Assembly: GCA_011109175.1 (NCBI GenBank)
Contig: RDEW01000009.1
Coordinates: 191,237-255,236, forward strand
Reading direction: 5' to 3'
Source of the DNA: Dicyema japonicum
Lineage: Eukaryota > Animalia > Dicyemida
DNA: 64,000 nucleotides
Part shown: positions 1 to 12,669 of the stretch, one piece after another
Layout of the letters: every line of letters starts with the position of its first letter
Position numbering within the stretch: the first letter of the stretch is position 1
Notes under the pieces: model-generated
The model's input: only the letters and a program-made list of their open reading frames with translations
What the model was told of the DNA's origin: nothing
The model's database searches: none
Program-made: the position numbers and the translations under genes

Positions 1-684
1 TTAGAGTGCCTCGAATCAAACCACTGGAGATTAGGATACTCTGCTCACCCCGGTTATTTTTTTGCTTTCCAAAAAAAGAAGGATCCATCTTCGAATGCCA
101 AAATCTTTAAGGATCATCAAAACCTTGATGTGTCCAGTAGTTTAGGAGATCCAAGTAACCCTCAAAATCATTTCGATTATTTTGACCGGGATCAACGATT
201 ATGTTATCAAATTACTCGATATTTGAGGATCCCGGACTGACTAGAGATAACTTAAAAGCTTTGTAAAACTAATTAAGTTTAATAACATTTTAAAACATTA
301 TTCAGCTTATTAAACAACAGAGAGCACATAGATTTCCGAGTTACTCTCCATCAAGAGTCCACATTTTTCGCTCAAAATAACCTCTAGAAATAATCGATTG
401 TAATCAGACTTTACTTTGAGCATTACTAAGAATTATAATCAATTTCAGTTATATTATTTTTCACTTTTGAACAACTTTTTTGACCGCGTGCCTTAAGGAT
501 TTTTTTGCTGGACACTATTATTTTGATTTAAAGAGCTTAGGAGGATTGAAAAGATAAAGCTAGATTTTTATGTTTTAACGTTAAAAAGTTAAATTTTAAG
601 ATTAATAATAACATTTTAGCCCAGAGAAATCCGTTACAACCCTATTCACCTCGGACAAGAAATTGTCAAACAAGTCAATTAAAA

Positions 685-870
685 TTGAAGCGGATAGGAA
701 AACATTACCATTTAAAAAAATTGCAAAAAATCCTGGTAATAACCTTTAATACACATATGTTTATGTCGCAGCATGTTGGAAATATGCTAAACAAATGCGA
801 GAAAAAAATCAATATATTGAAAAGCCTATTGAATCTCTGGAAAACCGGGAACATTAATAAAGTTAAATTT
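685..870 (+). mobile_element. Short LINE (Vingi-like) RT C-terminal fragment
   Basis: ORF 685-912 contains NKCEKKINILKSLLNLWK, homologous to the RT thumb fragment at 57506-57823 (NKCEKKINLLKCLTCLWK). Confidence 0.55.
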
Positions 871-3202
871 TTAAGGTTAAAAATGTTCGTCCTAGTTATT
901 AGTTCGTTCTGAGATTACATTTCGTCGTTTTTGTGGAACGATAAATAAAGCTTTTTATAAGTAACAACAAACATAGAATCATATTAACTGTCATTTTATT
1001 CGTGTAAATTTTAAAAATTGATCCTCAAAATTTTTTTTCAAATTTGAACCGGACGAGATTCGAACGAGGATTCTACCTGCATCGGACACTTCTTTTATTC
1101 AAAAATTCGGGTTTTCAATGTATTCTGAGTTCACCTCGTCCATACTCACAAAAAAAGATATGAGCTTTCATCCATCAATTAGCTAATTAGGCATGTAATA
1201 GAGGTACGTTACCTTGTTAACCTTCTGGCTAATTAACTTGGCTAACTGGTCAATAAAATCACTAAATTAGGGATAAAATTTGGAAAATTTATATAATTTT
1301 TTTGCGTCGAATATCTTTGACTTAAAATCAGACATCTACTGTCTCGGCTTCGGAAAAAATAATGTTTAGCTGGGTGATTTGAGTAGTCTAAAAAATGTAG
1401 ACAGTCAGACTTCCAGTCTTCAAAACTTGAAGTGATAGGTTTGCTGATGACTGACGAGATCGTCGAGGGCGGGACTCTTGACAACATAAAAAGTACTGTA
1501 AGTTCATGAACGATGTCGTGGATGATTTATTAGTTTACTCTCCATAATTTGAATCTGATTCTTTGTTTTCAATACATTCTGTGTTCAGTTCTGTACATAT
1601 GTGTCATAACTCGATATGGAAGAAGTGCCTATTAAAATAATGTCTCCAAGTAAACTAAATTCATAGTAAAATTTTAAGGCATTTTAATGAAGGACTTTTT
1701 TATTTACTGCTAAAAATATGATTTATGTTTAAGCGAAACGTTATGTGGTTCATCTATTTTGTAAAATCTGGCGGTTCCCAGAGAGCACATAATCCACCTC
1801 GAAATAGAATCATTCACTCCACCGGAAGACAGTCCTCCTCCCTGGCGCGTTAACTGTAGTTGCAGCGTTACATTTTCCAACAGTTTTGGTTTCACAGACT
1901 TTAGGTGTTTAATCTTAGCGCCTCTCTGATAATTTTTATTTATGATTATTAGTTAGTATCCCCGAGGAGACGGTGTCCTCAGACGTCCAGTAGCTAGTGC
2001 TGGACGATTTCACAACTCTTCGAGGTTCAACAGAAATTGCCCACTGGTCACAATCTCAACCATCCGACCAATTAACCACTTGGTTAATTTTAACGCCCAA
2101 TAAATTTCTTAAAAATCGTCATCTGCTCATAGATTGCTTTGAAATTATTTGAAAGTCGATAACTGGGGACCACAGATATATTTTTTATCTCATTTCATTC
2201 ACATAACCAAGATACGAAGAATCAAACACTATTCTATGGATGGTGGTCATCTAGTTGTTTGTATCTTCTTTTCCTCTCCCATAAATTGATAATAGACATT
2301 AACCACAAAAAATAGAACTTTTTTGAATAATAAATAATCCTATTGTACGATCCTTGTCAATTAAAAATATCATTTGAGGTATTGTTGCAATGACAATACA
2401 TAAATGGACTATAAAATGCTGAATGATGCGTACGTAGTAACGAGTAATGGATAAGCCAAATAATGTTCCATTATCAGCAAGAAAAAATAAACTGGGAAGA
2501 TCCAATGTACCAATAAGATTGCAAGAGATCTACGTGGAAATGGGTGAACAGAGAAGTAGAGAAAAGTCGGCTGCTCTTAATAAAATGATGAACGATGTAA
2601 AAGAAATTGATAATGTGAATTTAATGCTTAGTTTGTAGCAAAAGAAAATAGCCGAAAAATCGCACGGTCAGTTAATACGAATTATGAAGAGGAAATTTAC
2701 AAATAATTACTTTAAGAAAAAATAATATCTTTCATTTATGTAGTTTTTATTATTTTTCAAAAATATTAACTTTATGAAGAAATAAAGATATTTAGAATGT
2801 AAAGATATTTAACTAGTTCAACTATTCCCAAACTAACCAATAGATCCGGTACTCCAATTTGAAGTCGAAATCGATACCTTCAAGTTATCAGAAAAATAAC
2901 TAAACGAACAATATTTTTTAGCATTTAACTGACGGAAAACTGCTACCTAACTCATTCTGATTAAAAATTAATGCAAGGTAAAAGTCGAAAAGCCAAGAAA
3001 CTAATATTTGAATTTGACTGCAGGATTAATTTTAATAGGGAATCTATCTACTCTTCCTTAGGAAACCTCTTTAAGTGAGTAATGAACTTTCTTCAATAAT
3101 CTATCTTCATATCATTAGATATCCTCGAATATCTTGTTTCTTTGATCTTCTTAGGCTTCCGTCTGCAGTGCGGAAGTTAATCAACCCGCGGAAACACAAA
3201 TA

Positions 3203-4135
3203 CAGCCCTGAACAAATGTTAAAAGCCACCAAAAATTATCAATAAATTTACAAATAAAGCAACTGACTTTATTCTATTAACACAGAGTTGTTAAAAAACG
3301 AAAAAAAAAAAACATTTCATTTTTAAATCGAACTTGCAATTGTTACCAAATTAAAAAAATCGAAAATTTCAATCGAGCATATGTTAAAAGTCACCACTTT
3401 TATTTCCTATAAATAAAATTGATTCAATTATTTTTTTATTTTACTATTTTAGTGATTCAAAATCAAACATAAATGGCACGTGTTTCACTTGAGAAGACAA
3501 TCAAAATCATTGCGCTCTCTGAGGAAGGACATTCACAACGGATGATTTCAAAAATACATGAAATTTCGAGATTTGGAATCCAAAGGATTATTATGCGATA
3601 TAAAGCATACGGAACTTATTGCGATAAGCCCAAATCAGGACGTAAAAGAAAACTATCGAAGAGAAAAGAACGAACAATTGTACGTGATTCTAAAAAATTC
3701 CCTGAAAAAAACTGCCAATCAAATTCGTAGCGATCTAGATTTTGGAAATATCGTTGGGGTCGATACAATTAAACGATGTTTACTCAGAGCAAGCCTGTTT
3801 GGAAGAATTGCAGTAAGAAAATCTAAGCTAGCAGCTAAACAAATAAATGATAGAAAAATCTGATGTCAAGACAAATTTTGCTGGACTCAAAATCAATGGA
3901 ATAATATAATTTTTACCGATGAATGTAGAATTGAACTTTTTCCTTCAGTTCGTGAATATTTAGAAGACCAAAAAATTCGTTATAGCAATAAATATTGTTC
4001 AAAAACCGTAAAATCCTCTACCAGTATAATGGTATGGCGTGGAATCACTTCAACTGGAAAAAGAATACTTGTGTTAGCCGACCAAAATGCGGATTCGAAT
4101 GAATATTAACGAATATTGGATAAAGTAACTCGCTA
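3203..4135 (+). mobile_element. Tc1/mariner DNA transposon, frameshifted and 3'-truncated
   Basis: TA + CAGCCCTGAACAAATGTTAAAAGCCACC left end at 3201-3230, with an inner direct repeat ATGTTAAAAGTCACC near 3382. ORFs 3473-3730 and 3558-3863 give a paired-like HTH (GHSQRMISK, SGRKRKLS), then IFTDE and IMVW-G motifs. Cut off by a LINE 3' end at about 4131. Confidence 0.9.
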
Positions 4136-5500
4136 ATTAAGTGATCCTAGTCTTCAACATCTCTCTGAATTCTCTTCGAATGGTCCGTCAGTGAACCAAC
4201 TGTATTCATGAAGTGTCTTCTTTTATGTCTGCAGAGGAATTCTATCTGAGTGCACTTTTTAATGCCGATCTGAATTTTTCCGCATGAGCCGCCCTCTCTC
4301 TGAATAGATTTCCTAGCTCCTTGCACATACGTATGAAGCCCAGGCTATTTCTCAACGTCGCCGCCTCTGAAAGGAGACGAGGGATGGATATGGTCTCTGA
4401 TTCCATATGTCACATGATTTTCCGCCTGAGAAAGTTTATACGCTCGACCCTCGAAGGGGGAAGAGCGAAACTCCAAGAGAAAAGCCATATTTAATCGTCG
4501 GCACAATAACATTAAGATGTAGTTTGCTGGTACAAGCAGTAGGTGGGAATGGGCTCTTCTTTATGATAGCTTTTAGGACATTTCATTTTTGAAGATCCTT
4601 GGTTAACACTTCCTCTGTGTGACTGGAGAACGTCATAAGAGAGTCGAATGTCACTCCAAGGATCTTCTGGATTAGCGTATAAGGAATTTTTCCGAGGAAT
4701 ATCACAAGTCCAAATTTAAATCTTCTGTCTGTAGTAAATAAGGTGGGGTGAGACTTGGATGCAGACATAGAAAGCAAATTCACGGATAGCCAGTCATAGA
4801 TCTGGTTGAAGTGTGACTGAACCACCATCACAGCCCTGAAAGGAGATTTATCCCTTGTAGCGAAATCAGGTCGTCCGCGTAAGATAAAAACAGTGTCCTG
4901 ATCTTTGATAGTAGGTAAATCGTGTAGAAATAAGTTAAATAGGAAAGGAGACAGAGGGGAGCCTTGTGGGACCCCATAAGAAGTAGTATTTATTTTGAAA
5001 TAATTCTTCCACGTCGTCCATTTAAGAAATTTCCATCCATAGCATGATGTTTGGATGTAAACTTGAATTAAAGATCTTTTTTGTTAGGAGTGTCTGCGAA
5101 TCAGAGTCGAAGGCTTTCTGTATATCGATGGACACCAGAGCCGTCCGTAAGTGCATCTTCAATTTGAAGCCATCTGTGATGAACTGGGAGACAGATCCCA
5201 AATGCGTCGTTGTAGAACGGCCTGCTCTGAAGCCATGTTGAAAATCAGGAAATTGTAGAACAGAGGAGATTAAAATTAGTACAAGCTTCTCAAACACTTT
5301 TGACAAGGCGCAAGTTGTGGAAACAAGGCGGTAAGAGAATGGAATGTCTTTTGATTCTCCAGGCTTGAGAATTGGCGTAATCAGTGAATATTTGGGATTG
5401 TATGGGGATTGATAGATTAGTTGTAAACCTCGATAACACGATATGCGCCTAAGGTCCTACGTGTTTGAGATGAATAGCACAGACACTGTCAGGGCCACAG
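4131..5500 (-). mobile_element. Decayed Vingi-like LINE (RT region to 3' end)
   Basis: ORF 5022-5306 has FQHGFRAGRSTTTHL and SIDIQKAFD. GVPQGSPLSP at about 4950-4980. ORF 4583-4831 has KILGVTFD. 3' end GGATCACTTAATTAG. Confidence 0.85.
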
Positions 5501-6205
5501 GCTCGGGTGGGTCGTAGAATTTGATAGTCTTTTCCGATACAATTGAAGTAATGGCTTCCACCCCGCCGCCATCTTTTTTTATAAGACTATAGATACTTTT
5601 CAGTGTCATCCAAAAGATGTCACACGAGGCATAGTCGACTAATAAGCTGACTCCACTTATGTCTTTTGTTAGCACTGATTAGTTGGGAAAATCTCCACTT
5701 ATTTCTTTGGTTACCACTGATTAGTTGGAAATTGTTCGTTTAGAATAGTTGTGCGTCTTTCTATATAATGAAATATTAAATTGACAGCAAACACAAAATA
5801 TTCTTATAAATTTAAAAAACAATTAAGCTTTCTCTACTGGAATAGCGGGAATCATCGAGGTGAAGTGCTCAGAGTTAGCCTTCCGCATGAGCTAGGTGGG
5901 TTTGAGCGAAGTAAACTGTCTACCTAGTATTTGATATACCACTCTCATTAATCATACGAATAATAATTCGTTGGTGTATACTAAGCTTAATGAAGATTTA
6001 GAGGATATTTACTCTCAGTAGATAATCGTTCAGGAGAGCCGGTAGAGTCATTCTCGATCTGATTTTCACAATAGTTGACGTAAAGCCTATGTTTTTTTAA
6101 AAATAAGGTATCAAGTATGGAATGTATATAAAACAAATTTTTTAATTAATTAAAAATTCATGAATAATATAAATTAAGAAAAAAAGACACATTATTTGCA
6201 CGCTT

Positions 6206-7684
6206 ATGAATGTTGTAGTTGTTGTGACATTAGACTCTTTATACATATCCAGACAATCCAAGAGCTCAGAAAGCGCTTATAGCTGCTAGATATTCAAACA
6301 CTCAACTAGATGTATGTTCTAGTTTTCAAATGGGACTGACTAACAAGTCTGAGAGCTTCCTTGCTAAATTCCCTCTTGGAAAGGTTCCAGCCTTGGAGAC
6401 TGCCGACGGGGAGTTTATATTTGAAAGCATGGCAATTGCTTATTATGGTAATTTTGATATTTAAGCGAATTAGTTGCAAATGATCAGCTAATTGGAACAA
6501 CTCGTGTGGAAAAGTCTCAGATTATTCAGTGGGCCTTATTCGCTGATAACGAATTGCTGCCTCATTTTATGACATGGATGTTGCCTTGTTTCGGGATCCT
6601 TCCATACAACAAGAAAGAGACTGAAAAAGCTAAAGAAGAAATAAAGCGACTTCTCGGAATGCTTGACACGTATTTGAGTACGAGGACATATTTCGTTGGA
6701 GAATCAGTCACTATGGCTGATATTTCCATGGCTTGTATTCTCAGCAAACCATACAAACTGGTAAGTCACTTTACTATTGAGGCGGCATTTTTAACATGTG
6801 CATTATTTTTGGCTGAATTTTTTGATTCTGATGGCTATTATTTTTAGATGTTTGACGCTGAATATCGACAGCCATTTGTTAACGTGAATCGTTGGTTTAA
6901 CACGATGGTCAATCAACCCAACGTAAAAGATGTCTTCGGGGAAGTCACTCTTTGTGTGAAGATGGCCCAATTTGATCGTTTCATAAGTTTTTTTATTCCC
7001 AGCTAAAAAGTACGCCGAACTTCATCCCAAGGAAAAGAAACAGAACGAGCCAAAGCCTAACAAGGAACAGAAAAAGAAAGAAGAGCAGCCACCAAAACCT
7101 GAAGATCCGATGAAAAAACTTCCACGTGGGTAATTTTGTTTTTCCTCAGTTTTAGTGAGAAATTCTGTCTCAGTGACCTTAAGAACTTTTACGCGAATGA
7201 ATTCTCTAGTATTGAAGGTTTCGATAAGAGGTTGGAGGCCCTCTGCGAATACATCGATAAGCATTTTGACGAAGGGTTGTACTCGATCTACGAGTGTCGC
7301 TATAATTTTCCAGAGGATTTACCCAACGTTGATTATAAGGTGAGGAATATGGTGAATTCGGGTATTTGTTGTGTTTATTTGTAGGTTTTAAGGGAAGGGT
7401 TGAACCGTTGTCGAAATACTTTTTTGGTGTTGTTCAAATATATTTCTCATCAGATCACTCTGAATTAAGGGGGTACTTCTTCTTTCTTGGTCAGGATGTG
7501 GTCTTTTCTGTATATTTATGATTTTATTCTCAAGAAATATCCTGATTTTGAAGACTTTGGTGATGAACTGTATTCTTGGGAAAAGTGCTCAGTCCAAAAA
7601 TTTAAGGATGAAGTCTTACGAAAGTTCATTTATAGGACCGCATGTGAGAACATTCCTTTCAATTCTGAGTCTCAATTCTTCTAA
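6206..7684 (+). CDS. EEF1G: Elongation factor 1-gamma (eEF1B-gamma), 8 exons
   Basis: Exons 6206-6211 (or -6214), 6234-6447, 6474-6760, 6848-6977, 7003-7129, 7156-7361, 7385-7509, 7535-7684. GT-AG introns of 22 (or 19), 26, 87, 25, 26, 23 and 25 nt. Spliced protein reads [20 protein letters not shown]...[11 protein letters not shown]...FESMAIAYY (GST-like domain), then AQFDPKKYAE, a Lys-rich linker and the EF1G C-terminal domain. Confidence 0.96.
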
Positions 7685-8025
7685 TTATATGATTTGATTA
7701 CTTTTATTGTTTTGGCTTCATCTTTCAATTGTTTTATTTGGGTCATTAAAAATCTACTCATTTTTTATTATTGAAAAACAGGAAATATCGAGACTTATTT
7801 TTATCTCTCTTAGCTTCCCCTCGTAGCAAAGATTTTTTTAAGAAATTCAGAAACCCCAATTAACAATAAAATTTCAAAATAGTGACGTTGAAAGTTTCAA
7901 TTGTATACGGGGTAGAGTAGCCAGAGTATGATAAAGATATAGACATTATTCGAGAGATGTCAACCACTCAACCAACATGCAGGATAAAGTATAACATTAA
8001 TTGAGATTTTGAAGACAAAAATAAT

Positions 8026-8165
8026 CGTGCAGTGTAACGACTGCCAGGCAAGAGGCCTGATGGCCTCTAGTTCGAATCCTACTGATGTACTTACCGGCTG
8101 AAGGTTCACTTATCTACGATGCTTTTGCTTGACATCTTCATCAGTGAACATCTCACTGCGGAACC
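8026..8165 (+). repeat. tRNA-derived SINE (family A), 3'-truncated copy
   Basis: B-box GTTCGAATC at 8070-8078, followed by a body shared with the copy at 8741-8962 (ccggctgaaggttc...tacgatgctt...catcagtgaacat...cactgcggaac). Confidence 0.75.
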
Positions 8166-8346
8166 ACGGATATTTTACTGCTCTTTAAATCCTAAGAAGC
8201 ATCTTGTGATCCACCTGCCAAAAAGAATATATCTTTCCTACTCTATTAGAAGGGTTTCCATAACTACGGATATGGATGGACTTGTTACTTAGAAAATACG
8301 TGTTTTAGTCGATTAGGGAACTGGATGTACTCTGATTAGACGTTAA

Positions 8347-8560
8347 TTAGCTTTCAACCTCTTTCTTATTTCCCAGTCTTTTGAGGAAAGCATGAACGAA
8401 TATCCTAGTGCTCAGGAGGTTTTCACAGTGAGAGGAGCAAACGTCACATACTGGTGAAGTTAGCGTATTTTGACACTTTAATGCTTCTGCCTTACCAGTG
8501 GTTAAACAGGCATTGGCAGCACTAAAAAATATTATGTCGCGAGCCAAAGCTAATCTACCA
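8347..8560 (-). mobile_element. CRE-clade retrotransposon 3' (RLE endonuclease) fragment
   Basis: Minus-strand reading resembles the CRE C-terminus: ARDIIFFSAANACLTTGKAEALK, K-Y, TSPVCDV. Confidence 0.55.
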
Positions 8561-8740
8561 AAAAAGTAAAAAATAAATTAATGGTTAATTTCCTGTAAAA
8601 TATATTCACATTTTTCAATTAAGGGTTTTCTATAAGCTTACTATAACTCATTAAAAAAGACTTCACTTTTACGTTGAGCCAAATTAGTTATAGCTCCGTT
8701 CAGGAGTTTAAAGTAAAGATCATTATGATAACTTGTATAG

Positions 8741-8962
8741 GAAGAACCATGGAATGCTCTTCACTTGTTTTTTCTTTTTGTTGCGTGTATGTTTTTAGAC
8801 GATCCTGTTTCGCAGTAAAATGTTCACTGATGATGGCGTCACTTGTCAAGCCAAAGCATCGTAGACACGTGGAACCTTCAGCCGGAAAGTAGACCAGCAG
8901 GATTCGAACTAAAGACCATCAGGATTCTTGCTCGCATTCCTTGCACTGCGCCAACACAGAGT
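8741..8962 (-). repeat. tRNA-derived SINE (family A), near full-length
   Basis: On the minus strand: A-box TGGCGCAGTG (8944-8953), B-box GTTCGAATC (8901-8909), body ending gtgaagagcattccatggttct. Other partial copies at about 28270-28395 (+), 54757-54866 (-) and 62235-62300 (+). Confidence 0.8.
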
Positions 8963-9729
8963 GGAACAAGTAACTCATATTTTTTCTATAATCATATTAA
9001 TTATTTACGAGGAGCGTTTTAAGAAAATTTTTGCCCAAGCTTTTGAAAATTTCGTCGATTTATTTGAAGTCTTCATCCAGTATGAGTGACAGACGTTACG
9101 CGCAATAGAAAAGATAATAATACATTTTATCTAGTAAATCCCGAATTTTATCGATAAGAATGACAGTTATTAGGTTCTATCACCACCGAAATAATCGATT
9201 GCCTCTCACAATATTATTATAAGTCCTTTTACCAAAGTCCTAATGATTATACCTCCTATGTGCAACAAAAGACACTATTTGGGATTTCAATCTATTACAC
9301 CCTCCCAGATTTTTAGTTAGCGATCACAATAAGAATAGGCATCTGTGAATTTCAGCTCCTTTTTCAGTTTTTTAAGGTCATTTAGAACTGGCAGAATTAC
9401 TCTTGGCCTTTAAATAAACAGCTCTTCTGGCGAACTAATATCCATATTTTCTAGAGAAGTTAAATTCATCCTCAAGATTTGACCAAACAGTCTCTAGTTA
9501 GATTCCGTTACTTCCATATTTACTGGCATGCAATCGCATTTTTTGTATATAGGTCACTCAAAATTTTTCTTATGATAGAAAAAAATTAATATAGTCTTGT
9601 ATGTTGCATCCATTAAATTACATTATTTATTAAAATAAATGTTAATTAAAATAAAATTGATAATATATTTTAAAATATCACGCTTCTTCTTGTTACTGTT
9701 TGTTTTACTATATAACTTGTTTTGTAGTG

Positions 9730-10424
9730 ATGGCTGAACCTTCAGAAGTAAATATTGTGGAAACTGAGAACATCGAGACCGTACAACAGGTTTAGATGAT
9801 TTTACATTTAAAGGATGTGTCTAAAGATCTTCCTGAACTTGAAGAAACTGAGGAGACGGAACAAGTTCCTGAAACCAACGGTACTAAAGCTCAAACCATT
9901 CAATCTCTCGCAGACCTACAACCGATGCCTAAGAGAAATTCTAAAAATGAAAAGAAGGTCAGGAAGGCTATGGCTGCTCTCGGTAGTTAGTGAGGATTGC
10001 ATTTAAGGATTAAAACCAATGCCTGGAGTAGTCAAAATTCTTATTAAACGACCCAACGGGACGAACGTGGTTTCTTCTCCTGACATATATCGGTGTCCCC
10101 TAACGAATCTGTTCGTGTTTTTTGGCGATGCCAGGGTTATCATTTGTTTTAATAACATAGGATGAAGAGGAGGAGCGTAAGCTGCAAATGGAGGCGGCGC
10201 AGAGATTTGCTGCTAAGAAACCAATGCCTCAGGTTTCCACAAATGAAGAAGTAGAAGAGGAAGAGGTTAATTTGTCCCACTCATTCAAGCTCTCTGCTGA
10301 AGGTTTGAGTGAGGAGGATGTGAATCTGGTCATAAGTCAGTGCGGAGTCTCCAAGAACCAGGCCATAAAGGCTCTGAGAGACAATAAAGGTGACTTTGTC
10401 CAAGCTATTATGGCTCTTACTTAA
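9730..10424 (+). CDS. NACA: Nascent polypeptide-associated complex alpha subunit, 4 exons
   Basis: Exons 9730-9789, 9814-9982, 10008-10135, 10161-10424. GT-AG introns of 24, 25 and 25 nt. NAC domain SKNEKKVRKAMAALGLKPMPGVVKILIKR...SPDIY...VFFGDAR and C-terminal UBA EDVNLVISQCGVSKNQAIKALRDNKGDFVQAIMALT. Confidence 0.93.
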
Positions 10425-10599
10425 TTTTTTTCTTAATTTTGATTGGATTTTAATTTCTGTTATTCTTTTTTGTTGATAATAACATAGATCGATTTAATCA
10501 ATTAATTTAACTCAATAAGTAGTTATTTTAGTATTAGACGACTATGCAAGTTGTCTCAAACCACGTGCATTTACCTGCTGCATTCTATTGTTCTTTTTA

Positions 10600-12062
10600 T
10601 TGAGATTGCTTTATGTGGGAGTGCATATCCAAAATGCCTTAGAAACTATCTGTGAATCTACGCTTTTCCTTATGAAAGCTAATCTATTTTACGAAGAAGC
10701 CTTCCAGCCCATCTTATTCACTTACTAAGGAAAAAATTGCTTAAAAGCCTACAGATTCAATCTTTGGAAGCTAGGATGAGGATTCTAGCTTTGAAACCGA
10801 ACCCATTTAAATGTGAAATTATAAACGTTGCTTGCGGAGAGGAAGATTCCGCCGTGAAATGGCTGTAATTTCTACTTATTTCCTCGATGTATCGGTCACC
10901 CAACTCGAAAATGCAATTTTTCTTGGCTCTCCTCTATACTACAATAATGTGTCAGCTCTCCTGGAGGAAAAAAATACATAACTCTAACAATTCACATCAA
11001 ATTTACAAACCTTGGAACCCACATATCTTTATTCTTCCACAGCCACGACTCATTTTTTTCCTACCGACACCCCATGTTTCACGGACATGATCTTTCTGAG
11101 AGCCATCGACGAGAAGCTGAGGACTGCCGTTAAGAAACGCTCAACATTTCTTTTGATAAAACTGGCTGGATCAAATGCAAACTACGGCAGCCTTCCTTTC
11201 TTCGACATATGCTTCAAGTGCTCTCACACGCCAGATCCTAAGCTACATTAACGGGTCGGACGCTGAACCAGTGGTATGCATGGCTCGGGAAGTCTTGACG
11301 CGACTGGGTGTTGGATTTCTGAAGAACGCTAAGAAACAACGAGAATGGGACAAGCTTTTATGCTCAAAGGTCATAGAAGGGATAAAACCTGTGCTAGATC
11401 AGCATCGTCTGGCTTCTGCATCGACGAACGAGAGTGGAGCCTGGTTCAGAGCTTTACCATGTACCTCACTTGGGACACTATTGGATGACGACGCAACGAG
11501 GATTAGGATTTCCGTCCGCCTCGGAATGGATGTTTGCACGACCCATCGGTGTAGATATGGAGGAATGGTCGACGCAAAAGGTCTTCACGCTCTTTCCTGC
11601 CGGAGGAGTGTTGGAGCAATCAATGGATTTATCGCTTGGAGACTTGAAGCTGCCGGATTTACTGTCCAATTGGAGCCGCTTGGACTTGCTCAAGCCAACC
11701 GAAGATCGGACCGAACCACTCTCTCCCCATGGGAGAGTGGTAAATATTTTGCCTGGGACCCCACCTATGTCGATAGCCTCTCTCTTCCAACATTTCAACG
11801 ACAGCACCCAGGCTCTGCTTCGGAGAAGGCTGAGACCCAAAAATAAAAAAAATACGCATATATTGGAGGACAATTCATCTTCGAACCAGTGGCAGTCGAA
11901 ACTACAGGAATCATTGGAAGCAGGTCACTGACCCTGCTAAACAGAATCGGCTCGCTCATCGCAAAGAAGAAAAACGATAGGAGAGAATGGAGCTGGTTCA
12001 TTAGCGCATTTCCTTGCAAATCGTCAGGGGAAATGCATTTTCAATTATGAGAGCAGCCAGCA
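10600..12062 (+). mobile_element. CRE-clade non-LTR retrotransposon, 3' half, frameshifted
   Basis: ORF 11175-11846 has SGAWFRALPCTSLGTLLDDD, a CCHC-like HRCRYGGMVDAKGLHALSC and RLE-type PWESGKYFAWD. It continues FEPVAVETTG...IVRGNAFSIM. Confidence 0.85.
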
Positions 12063-12669
12063 GTTGTTAACTGTTAGTTTTTGCGTTTAAATAAAATTGG
12101 TTTGTCCTTTTAAAAATAATTATAAAGGAACCCTTCGAGTTCACAGAAACACCAATATATTGCAACTGTTCCATGCATTTGATTTCTCCTGTATTAAAAC
12201 AAATTTTTGACTTATTTTTGTTATTCACGATCCATGAAACAGTACACTTTTCTAGAGATAAGGATAAACCTTTATCTCGGCATCAACATTTAACTTTTTC
12301 ATTATGGGTTTAAACACGTTTTTAGGAAATCGATTTATTTATACTAAGATCTAGCAAAAGTATATCATTTTCATAACCTTCGGAATGTCATACATAACAA
12401 AATTAAATAAGAGGGGACTTGAGACAGACCCCTGTGGAACCCCTCTTTTTAACAAAATTTTTTCGATATTTGATTTCCAAGACGTATAAAAGATTCTCTA
12501 AAGAAAATCCTTCATCCACACAAGTGCTTTACTTCCAAATTAGTGCCTTGGGCTGCTCATGCTGGAGTATAAGTACTATCGTCTACATCCAAGTGCTTAA
12601 CATAATAATTATGCTGATCAATCATGAGTGATACTTATTCAATATTTTTTTGGCATAAAATTAATTTAT

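Noticed and set aside
1242-2640. Possible multi-exon gene(s) at the window start
   Set aside because: The pieces look coding, but I could not build a consistent spliced model or recognise a product.
8026-8090. Functional tRNA genes (also about 1045-1090, 8890-8960 and 39750-39790)
   Set aside because: A/B boxes are present, but no complete cloverleaf could be built, and two of them continue into a shared SINE body.
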